Positions 57,093-64,000 of a stretch of DNA of 64,000 nucleotides are shown in pieces; the stretch's first letter is position 1, and each line of letters starts with the position of its first letter. The position numbers and the translations under genes are program-made. The stretch spans positions 3 through 64,002 of the forward strand of contig JANXZU010000122.1 in the NCBI GenBank assembly GCA_025355345.1, given 5' to 3'. This stretch comes from Syntrophaceae bacterium (GTDB taxonomy: Bacteria > Desulfobacterota > Syntrophia > Syntrophales > Smithellaceae). A model generated the notes under the pieces. That model ran no database searches, was not told where the DNA came from, and worked only from the letters and a program-made list of their open reading frames with translations.

Positions 57093-58283
57093 TTACAACA
57101 TTTCATAAATACCGGCCGCGCCCATACCGCCACCGATACACATTGATACTATACCGCGTTTCTTGCCGCGACGTTTCAGCTCTGAAAGCAACTGAGCGGT
57201 CAGCTTGGCGCCGGTGCATCCCAGCGGATGACCTAATGCAATCGCGCCACCGTTGGGGTTGATATCACCTGCCCAGTAACGATCTTCGATACCAACAGCA
57301 CGGCAGGAATAAATCGCCTGTGACGCGAAGGCTTCATTGATTTCATACACATCAATGTCTTTTGTCGTCAGACCAGCCATTTTCAGAACCTTGGGAATCG
57401 CGTAAGCCGGTCCCACACCCATTTCTTCGGACAAACAACCGGCAACCGCATAATGAGTCATTTTGGCAATGGGTTTTAGTTTTAACTCTTTGGCTTTCTC
57501 TGCTGTCATCAGCATACAGAAAGCAGCGCCGTCGGTCATCTGTGAAGAGTTAGCCGGCGTCACGGAACCGCCTGCTTTGAAAGGTGATTTTAACTTTGCC
57601 ATATTTTCCACTGAAGTCGGCCAACGCACACCATCGTCCGTATCAAATGTCACATATTCTCTAATGCGTTTGCCATTTTTAATTTTGTATTTAGCGGCCT
57701 TGATCGGAATAATTTCATCTTTGAACTTGCCGGCCTTAATGGCTTCAAAAGCCCGGCGGTTACTTTCTACACCCATCTTATCCTGATCTTCACGCGATAC
57801 ATTATGATTCGTCGCGACATTTTCCGCCGTGTTACCCATGTTGATATAGACATTGGGCATACTGCCGTCAAATTTCCAATCCGGATGCGGACGCATGGCT
57901 GAGCCGCCCATCGGAATATGCGTCATCGACTCGCAGCCACCGGCAATTATGATCTCCGACCAGCCGGCGCGGATTTTAGCGGTCGCATCGGCAATCGCCT
58001 GAAGACCGGAGGCACAGAAACGATTAACAATCATACCTGAAACTGAAATGGGCAGACCCGCTCCCATCGCTAAAACTCTTCCCAAATTCATCCCCGTTTC
58101 AGCTTCCGGGAAAGAACAACCGACAATCACATCATCTATATCTTCAGGCTTTACTTGCGGCACTCTGGCCAGCAAACCTTTGAGTACCTGGATACCATAC
58201 TCATCTGCTCTTGTTGCGGCCAGACCACCCTTTCTTCGAGCGCCTGGACTTCTTACGGCTTCTACAATTACAGCATCACTCAT
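57093..58283 (-). CDS. fadA: Acetyl-CoA C-acyltransferase (3-ketoacyl-CoA thiolase)
   Basis: Active-site regions NRFCASGLQA, NEAFASQ and GGAIALGHPLGCTGA. Confidence 0.85.
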   Translation of the reverse strand: MSDAVIVEAVRSPGARRKGGLAATRADEYGIQVLKGLLARVPQVKPEDIDDVIVGCSFPEAETGMNLGRVLAMGAGLPISVSGMIVNRFCASGLQAIADATAKIRAGWSEIIIAGGCESMTHIPMGGSAMRPHPDWKFDGSMPNVYINMGNTAENVATNHNVSREDQDKMGVESNRRAFEAIKAGKFKDEIIPIKAAKYKIKNGKRIREYVTFDTDDGVRWPTSVENMAKLKSPFKAGGSVTPANSSQMTDGAAFCMLMTAEKAKELKLKPIAKMTHYAVAGCLSEEMGVGPAYAIPKVLKMAGLTTKDIDVYEINEAFASQAIYSCRAVGIEDRYWAGDINPNGGAIALGHPLGCTGAKLTAQLLSELKRRGKKRGIVSMCIGGGMGAAGIYEML

Positions 58284-58308
58284 GATCTTCCTCCTTCATT
58301 TCTAGAAG

Positions 58309-58355
58309 GCGCGGCGATCTGTTTCCAAAACGGTTTATTTAAACCACCGCCGCGC
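58309..58355 (-). other. GC-rich intercistronic hairpin between fadN and fadA
   Basis: GCGCGGCG and CGCCGCGC (8 bp) enclose a 31-nt loop that has its own GGTTT/AAACC stem. Confidence 0.5.
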
Positions 58356-58368
58356 TCGTTAATATATT

Positions 58369-60789
58369 TTAGTTACGCAACGGCTTTCCTGTAGTCAGTA
58401 TAGCCATGATACGTTCATGTGTTTTCACCTCACCCATCAGACTGAGGAAAGCTTCTCTTTCGAGATCCAGAATTTCCTGTTCCGAAACATATGTTCCTTC
58501 CGCACAATCACCGCCGGAGAGAACATGAGCTACTTTTCTCGACACGACAAGATCGTAATCGGAAATGAAATTTCCGTACCTCATGTTCATCAGGATGGCG
58601 TCAGCCAATCCGCGGAAATTCTCTCCCATAACCGGAATCTGAGCGGGTTTGGGCGGTTTGTAACCGGCCATCACCAGAGACAGAGCCAACTGTTTGGCTT
58701 CATAAATCTGCTGATCACGGCTCATATTGATGGTTTCGGACTTGCGGATATAGCCAAGATCCATGGCTTCTGCCGCGCTTGTGGCGACTTTAGCCATAGC
58801 AATGTTTTCAAAAGCTTTACCCATGTGATACTGCAGATTCATCCCAGCTTCCACACAGCCTTCAGGTATGCCTTCCGTCAGACGCACCAGAATTTCCTTA
58901 CAGCCACCGCCCGCGGGAATTACGCCGACGCCTACTTCAACCAGACCCATGTAGGTTTCACCGTTAGGCAGACAACGGGCGCCGTGCATTGCTATTTCGC
59001 AGCCGCCGCCCAGAGCCAGACCGGCCGGAGCAGTAATAACCGGCTTATCCAGATATTTCATTCTCATCATGGTATTTTGCAGAGTCGCAATCATGGTTTC
59101 AAGGATATCCCATTCACCCTTCTGCGCGGCAACTAATACCAAAAAGACATTGGCACCCGCGGAGAAAGCCCGCTCATCATGATTAGCAATCACCAGGCCT
59201 TTAAAATCTTTTTCTACGATATCGCAGGAATCGGCGATCATAGTGGTCAGGCCTTCATCAATCGAGTTCATTTTGGTATGGAATTCCAGGCAGGCTACAC
59301 CATCACCGATATCAACCAGAGTTGCACTGGCGTTGGTTTTGACTACTTTTTTGCGCTCTTTGAGAGCAGGTAACAAGATGATGCGGGGATTTTCGTCAAT
59401 CTTGACATAACCCTTTTTATCAAAATCATAGTAATATTTTCCGTCTGCCTTGTTTGTGTAGAAGGATTCACAACCCTTTTTCAGCATTTCCTCGATTGTC
59501 TTCGGAACTTTGAGTTTAAGTTTTTTCATGACCTCGACGGCTTCTTTAACGCCCACGGCATCCCAGGACTCAAAAGGACCTAACTTGTTATTATAGCCCC
59601 ATTTCATGGCGTTATCGATGGCCATAATGTTATCGCAGATTTCACCAATCCGGTTGGCTGAATAGATGAAAGTTTTGCATAAATATGCACGCGCGAAATC
59701 ACCGGCTTTATCATCTGCATTGAATACGTGCTTCATGGAATCGGCAACGTTTTCCAGCTTTTTAGCAGCGGTAATAGAGTCAAACTTCGGTTTGCCGGCC
59801 GGTACGTATTCCATCGTATCGATATCCAGCATCAACTTAACTTTTTTGCCGTTGGCATCTTTTGTTTTCTTGTAATATCCCTGCTTGGTTTTATTGCCCA
59901 GCCATTTGTTGGCGATCATTTTATCAAGGAAGGGTTCGGAGGTGAAGGTTTCTCTTCCTTCATCATCCGGAACGGCGTCATAGAGGTTTTTCGCTACATG
60001 GTATCCGGTATCAAGACCAACGAGATCCATCGTGCCAAAAACGGCTGTGCCGGGATGTCCAAGAGCTTTACCGACAATAGCGTCAACTTCATCAATTTTT
60101 AACTTCTTTTCGACCATCAGTTTGATGACATCGCACAGATCAAACACGCCAATGCGGTTGCCGACAAAATTGGGCCGGTCTTTACAAATAACAACACCCT
60201 TACCCAAGGTCTGTTCACTGAATTTCACCATGAAATCAACGATCTCTTTATCAGTATCAGTGCCGGGAATAATTTCCATCAGTTTCATATAACGCGGCGG
60301 ATTGAAGAAATGTGTTCCCAGAAAATGTTTCTTCAGGTTAGCGCTGAATTTTGCACTGATGTCCTTGATGGGGATACCGGAGGTATTCGTTGTAACGATA
60401 CAGGTCGGCTTGATAATCTTTTCCAGTTTAGCAAAAAGTTCCTGCTTGATCTTGAGATTTTCGATAACAACCTCACAAATCCAGTCGACATCGGCAAGCA
60501 AGCCTAAATTGTCTTCAAAATTACCGATTGTAATCATGGATGCGTTCTTCTTTGTGAAGAAGCTGGCCGGCTTTGATTTCTTAATTCCAGCCAACCCATT
60601 TGCCGCAAAGCGGTTCCTCCATGCCGGACTCTTTTCTGTGAGGCCTTTTTTCTTGTCGTCCTCCGTCAGTTCGAATGGAATGATATCGAGCAGATAACAC
60701 TCAATACCGGCATTGGTTAGATGGGCCGCTATCGTTGCACCCATAACTCCTGCTCCTAATACAGCTGCTTTTTTGATCTTTAATGACAT
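58369..60789 (-). CDS. fadN: Fused 3-hydroxyacyl-CoA dehydrogenase / enoyl-CoA hydratase (FadN-type domain order)
   Basis: N-terminal Rossmann fold VLGAGVMGATIA and 3HCDH domains. C-terminal crotonase-like segment (FSAGANVF, ALGGGCEIAMH). Confidence 0.8.
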   Translation of the reverse strand: MSLKIKKAAVLGAGVMGATIAAHLTNAGIECYLLDIIPFELTEDDKKKGLTEKSPAWRNRFAANGLAGIKKSKPASFFTKKNASMITIGNFEDNLGLLADVDWICEVVIENLKIKQELFAKLEKIIKPTCIVTTNTSGIPIKDISAKFSANLKKHFLGTHFFNPPRYMKLMEIIPGTDTDKEIVDFMVKFSEQTLGKGVVICKDRPNFVGNRIGVFDLCDVIKLMVEKKLKIDEVDAIVGKALGHPGTAVFGTMDLVGLDTGYHVAKNLYDAVPDDEGRETFTSEPFLDKMIANKWLGNKTKQGYYKKTKDANGKKVKLMLDIDTMEYVPAGKPKFDSITAAKKLENVADSMKHVFNADDKAGDFARAYLCKTFIYSANRIGEICDNIMAIDNAMKWGYNNKLGPFESWDAVGVKEAVEVMKKLKLKVPKTIEEMLKKGCESFYTNKADGKYYYDFDKKGYVKIDENPRIILLPALKERKKVVKTNASATLVDIGDGVACLEFHTKMNSIDEGLTTMIADSCDIVEKDFKGLVIANHDERAFSAGANVFLVLVAAQKGEWDILETMIATLQNTMMRMKYLDKPVITAPAGLALGGGCEIAMHGARCLPNGETYMGLVEVGVGVIPAGGGCKEILVRLTEGIPEGCVEAGMNLQYHMGKAFENIAMAKVATSAAEAMDLGYIRKSETINMSRDQQIYEAKQLALSLVMAGYKPPKPAQIPVMGENFRGLADAILMNMRYGNFISDYDLVVSRKVAHVLSGGDCAEGTYVSEQEILDLEREAFLSLMGEVKTHERIMAILTTGKPLRN

Positions 60790-60811
60790 TATTCTCCTCC
60801 TTCGCCTTTCC

Positions 60812-60842
60812 TATGAATCATAATTGGGTTTGATGATTCATA
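60812..60842. promoter_or_regulatory. Perfect 10-bp inverted repeat in the fadN leader; candidate TetR/FadR operator
   Basis: TATGAATCAT-N11-ATGATTCATA lies 23-53 nt upstream of the fadN ATG. The half-site resembles the TGAATGA-type Bacillus FadR box. Confidence 0.5.
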
Positions 60843-61107
60843 AAGTTTTTTGGGCTACGATACAATACCATAGCCACAATTAAAATAAACAATCTCCGCT
60901 TCTTCCTATATTTAAAAAGACCGCCTTATTACATATTACATAACCGGAGGTTCTTTAGCATAACAGGGATTTTTTTTCCGCATTATTTTTTCCTGCCTTG
61001 CTGCCCTAAAGAATATCATTTTGATTACTCCGGTTAAGTGGCAAATCTCTTAATATATTTTCCTCCATATTTCTAGCAGTTTGTCTGATACAATCCGCAC
61101 CTGCACC

Positions 61108-61767
61108 TTACGCGCATATTGCCTTCTTTTGTTTTGTAGAAGTTTTTGTACCTTCAACAAGGTGATTCAACCCCGCCCTTATCATGGACTTTATCACCTT
61201 TTCACGCGAGACTTCCTTCCCTGAAAATAAGTACAGGGAAATAATGCCGTTGAGCATTCCCCAAATGATATTTCTGCTCTGCCAGATATCAAGATTTGGC
61301 GGAAACTCTCTTTCTTCTACGCCCCGCTGCAGAATAGTTCCCACAATATCCATTGTTTTATTTGCTGATTTGATTAAAGACTGGTTTAAATTTTCGGATA
61401 GATTTAGATGGTCTGTTTGCAGCATAAAAGTCATAATTTTGCGAAATGACTCCCTATCCTTGAGAAATGTATCAATGTATATTTCGGCAAAAGCTATAAG
61501 CATTTTTTGGGCGCTTTGTTCATTACGAAGAGAACTCAAAGCCACATTATATGTTTTATCCAACTCCGACAAAAGTATTTGACCATATATTTCTTCTTTG
61601 CTTTTAAAATACAGGTAAACTGCCCCTTTGCTGAGCTCTGCTTTTTTGGCTATGTGCGCCACCGTGACATCTTTAAATTCTTTTTCATAAAACAGCTTCC
61701 TGGCGGCTCTGACAATGTTGAGCTTTCTTGCTGACCTTTCCCGTTCTCGCCTCTCTTCAATGCCCAT
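61108..61767 (-). CDS. TetR-family transcriptional regulator (FadR-like by context)
   Basis: HTH segment VTVAHIAKKAELSKGAVYLYFKSKEEIY. The ATG at 61767 has a GAGG SD. The ORF-track TTG at 61815 lies inside a palindrome. Confidence 0.8.
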   Translation of the reverse strand: MGIEERRERERSARKLNIVRAARKLFYEKEFKDVTVAHIAKKAELSKGAVYLYFKSKEEIYGQILLSELDKTYNVALSSLRNEQSAQKMLIAFAEIYIDTFLKDRESFRKIMTFMLQTDHLNLSENLNQSLIKSANKTMDIVGTILQRGVEEREFPPNLDIWQSRNIIWGMLNGIISLYLFSGKEVSREKVIKSMIRAGLNHLVEGTKTSTKQKKAICA

Positions 61768-61808
61768 GCCCGACCTCGCTGTTTGACCTTTAGTCACACC
61801 TTGAATTA

Positions 61809-61825
61809 TGGTCAATCATTGACCA
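61809..61825. promoter_or_regulatory. Perfect palindrome upstream of the TetR gene; candidate autoregulatory operator
   Basis: TGGTCAAT-C-ATTGACCA, about 42 nt upstream of the preferred ATG. Confidence 0.45.
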
Positions 61826-61903
61826 AAGGTCAAGTCATCCCTAAACCAATTATTTTCTAAAGTCAAGACCAATAAGATATTTTTTTGATTGTTGTACGGA
61901 AGA

Positions 61904-62356
61904 TTATTTTTTCCTAAAACTCGTTAGAAAACGAGAACATCCAAAAGCCATAAACACGGCCCCCAGAACCAGCATAAAAAAAGCCAAAACAAGTGATGGA
62001 CTGCCACCATACATGGGAATATTGCGTTTAGGATTTGATAGGTCGTATCTTATTTCCAAATGATCATCAATTTGCAATGTATCCCACTGCTGTTTGGATA
62101 TATCGCCGGTGGAACTAATTTTACTGCCTGCGGAAGGTACAAATGAATAGTCCAGAAAGTAATTCCCACTGCCGTCGGTTGCTGTCTTAAAATGCTTTTT
62201 TGTTATCTGGCCAGTAGCTTGCCCACTATAATCCTGTACCCGGTTATAGTCTAAATATATTCCCCATGTTCCCAACAGCAATAAACAGCCTAAGCCCACA
62301 CTAATAAATCCCCCCAAAATACCGGTAAAGGAAGTTTTCAATCGCAGCACCTCCAA
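61904..62356 (-). CDS. DUF3592-like membrane protein
   Basis: An N-terminal and a C-terminal TM helix flank a beta-rich domain (GQITKKHFKTATDGSGNYFLDYSF). Confidence 0.5.
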   Translation of the reverse strand: MEVLRLKTSFTGILGGFISVGLGCLLLLGTWGIYLDYNRVQDYSGQATGQITKKHFKTATDGSGNYFLDYSFVPSAGSKISSTGDISKQQWDTLQIDDHLEIRYDLSNPKRNIPMYGGSPSLVLAFFMLVLGAVFMAFGCSRFLTSFRKK

Positions 62357-62497
62357 CCTTTTTAATTAATTTAATATAATATTTTTTTTATTATTTTAAT
62401 AGAAAATAAATTATTGAGCAATGATCAGACAAATGAGAGCGTTGCGCAAGTGTATATCTAAAATATTCCTCTCTTATGCTTAAAACGATTTAACAAT

Positions 62498-62525
62498 AAA
62501 AAAGACCGGGATTTTGTCCCGGTCT
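62498..62525 (-). terminator. Rho-independent terminator after the pilin gene
   Basis: Minus strand reads AGACCGGGA-CAAAA-TCCCGGTCT followed by TTTTTT. Confidence 0.8.
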
Positions 62526-62576
62526 CTTTATTGTTAAATTCCAATTGTTAACCTTGTACCGAAGTGAAATTTATTG

Positions 62577-62990
62577 CTAGTTGAATACTCCCGTTCCCGT
62601 CACTGCACCATCTGTGCCTATTGAGTACACACCGGAATTTGCACCTGTAAGCTGTGTATGAGTTGCGGTGATCCCGCCTCCTGCAGCAATAGTTACTGTG
62701 ACATTAGGACTTACCCTCAGGGCTGCGTAAGCAACTCCTGGAGCTCCGGTCGTACCGCCGGTTATAGTTTCAGCTGGGGGTGTAGTACCAGGATTATCGC
62801 CCTGCCATAAAACTATCGCCGTAGCAGCAGTTTTTGCATCAGATACTGTCGCCGCTCTGTAACCTCTGGATCTGAAAGCGATAAACTGAGGCACAGCGAT
62901 TGCTGCCAATATACCGATAATCGCGATAACGATCATCAATTCAATCAACGTAAAACCTTTTTGTCCTTCTTTACTGAAAATTTTCAACAT
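62577..62990 (-). CDS. pilA: Type IV pilin (prepilin with N-terminal methylation motif)
   Basis: Leader MLKIFSKEGQKG, then FTLIELMIVIAIIGILAAIAVPQF. The C-terminal domain is Gly/Thr/Ala-rich and has no Cys. Confidence 0.85.
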   Translation of the reverse strand: MLKIFSKEGQKGFTLIELMIVIAIIGILAAIAVPQFIAFRSRGYRAATVSDAKTAATAIVLWQGDNPGTTPPAETITGGTTGAPGVAYAALRVSPNVTVTIAAGGGITATHTQLTGANSGVYSIGTDGAVTGTGVFN

Positions 62991-63147
62991 GATGCTCCTC
63001 CTTTTTATAGTTAAATTGCTATGCTGTTATTTTATACGTTAGACTATTTACGATTAACTTGTCCATTATTTTATTACAAATAAATCTCTATCACCTCCTG
63101 TATTTGCTTTTATAACTTAATTACTTCATTGTTTCGTTTTCTGTAGT

Positions 63148-63163
63148 TGCAACCGGTATGCCA
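63148..63163 (-). promoter_or_regulatory. Sigma-54 promoter upstream of pilA
   Basis: Minus strand reads TGGCATACCGGTTGCA, about 158 nt upstream of the pilA ATG. Confidence 0.7.
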
Positions 63164-63517
63164 AATGAAATAAATGGATTGCTATAATCCACTTAACATT
63201 AAATTCATGCGTAAATTCAACAGTAATTATTTCTTATTGTTTTTTAAAACATAGAAAATGATCTCTTGCAGAAAAACATAATGGTGATTTTCACCAACAA
63301 AGGGTCATTTTACTCCTACCAAAATGAACTACCCGGTAGTGTCTCGTATCATTCAGGATAGCCCCGGTCTGCAACAAAACAAAAGGGCTACTTTAGGCCG
63401 CGTGACTTTCGCGACAGCTTTGAATCGCCGCATCTTTGGTGACTTAAGAGATTTAATTATTTCCCATCACCGTAAAATGTGATAGTGAACATCTATTAAT
63501 AATTGAGGAATTTGTAA

Positions 63518-63889
63518 ATGTACGAAGTTACTATCATAAAATCATTTTCTGCTGCGCACTTACTTAAGCAAATCGGTGGGAAATGTGAAGAACTGCACGG
63601 CCATAATTTTAAAGTGGAAGTGACTGTGGCTGCTCCCGATTTGAATAAATCAGGATTATTGATTGATTTTCGTGTAGTAAAAAAATGGTTAAATAAAATC
63701 CTGGACCAAATGGATCATAAGCACTTAAACGAACTGCCAAATTTTGCAGATATCAATCCATCGGCGGAAAATATAGCTAAATATATCTGCGAGCAGATGG
63801 CACCGCAGGCAAAAGAGGCGCACGTCCGGATTGCGCGGGTAAAAGTATGGGAATCCGAAAACGCGGTAGTTGCTTATATCCCGGATTAA
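63518..63889 (+). CDS. queD: 6-carboxy-5,6,7,8-tetrahydropterin synthase QueD
   Basis: FSAAHLL...C..LHGHNFKVEVTV and the conserved DHKHLNE motif. 123 aa. Confidence 0.85.
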   Translation: MYEVTIIKSFSAAHLLKQIGGKCEELHGHNFKVEVTVAAPDLNKSGLLIDFRVVKKWLNKILDQMDHKHLNELPNFADINPSAENIAKYICEQMAPQAKEAHVRIARVKVWESENAVVAYIPD

Positions 63890-64000
63890 ATAGAGATTGC
63901 AACACTCACTGTTGTGCGTTCGCAATGACAAATTATGACATTGACTTCGTCTGGCATTAATTGGCTAAACAGTTAAAAAATTATGATTGACATTCAAAAC

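Noticed and set aside
63355-63400. PreQ1 riboswitch upstream of queD. The A-rich tract GGTCTGCAACAAAACAAAAGG recalls the GGGUCGCAGU...AACAAAACAAGG tail of preQ1-I aptamers.
   Set aside because: I cannot find the closing P1 helix (the CCC..AG 3' strand) in the expected place. The motif is over 110 nt from the start codon, and no terminator or SD-sequestering stem follows it. Only a 6-bp TAGCCC/GGGCTA stem encloses it. It would need a cmsearch with the preQ1-I, -II and -III models to revisit.

Overview
AT-rich bacterial chromosomal window with about 60 protein genes, 2 tRNAs, and no rRNA, CRISPR array, transposase or integrase. Everything here comes from reading the sequence and ORF translations; no database search was run, start codons are approximate, and identities are by-eye estimates.

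Layout:
- Bases 1-24.7 kb, all minus strand: one long flagellar super-operon. Transcription order is flgB-flgC-fliE-fliF-fliG-fliH-fliI-fliJ-(MotE/YlxF-like)-fliK-flgD-flgE-flgK-flgL-fliL-fliM-fliN-fliO-fliP-fliQ-fliR-flhB-flhA-flhF-flhG-fliA. This resembles the Bacillus fla/che order, but with flgK-flgL embedded.
- 24.7-30 kb: a sigma-54 response regulator, a PAS histidine kinase and an 821-aa SPOR+TPR periplasmic protein.
- 30.2-32.6 kb: a divergent pilZ-motA-motB operon.
- 32.6-40 kb: a chemotaxis cluster (cheX, cheY, cheA, cheB, CheX-like, cheY-like, HDOD, cheD, cheR), followed by a second sigma-54 activator.
- 41.6-46.8 kb: small hypothetical membrane or secreted proteins next to the initiator tRNA.
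- Then housekeeping genes (pdaD-speB, lpxH, kdsD, gamma-CA-like), two tandem TMTC-like glycosyltransferase-TPR paralogs, tRNA-Val, a nitrilase-family gene, a TetR-controlled fadN-fadA pair, a cysteine-free type IV pilin and queD.

Main non-obvious observations:
1. A structured repeat family with no ORF and terminal inverted repeats sits inside the flhB-flhA-flhF-flhG export operon and abuts the start codons. A fourth, hairpin-only copy lies at 56 kb.
2. Seven near-consensus sigma-54 promoters are found by eye.
3. A FlgE-D2-like module is shared by FlgE, FlgK and FlgL, and FlgL also carries a FlgD-Ig-like insert.
4. The two TMTC-like paralogs carry gene-conversion tracts.
5. A perfect fold-back at the contig edge truncates fliA.
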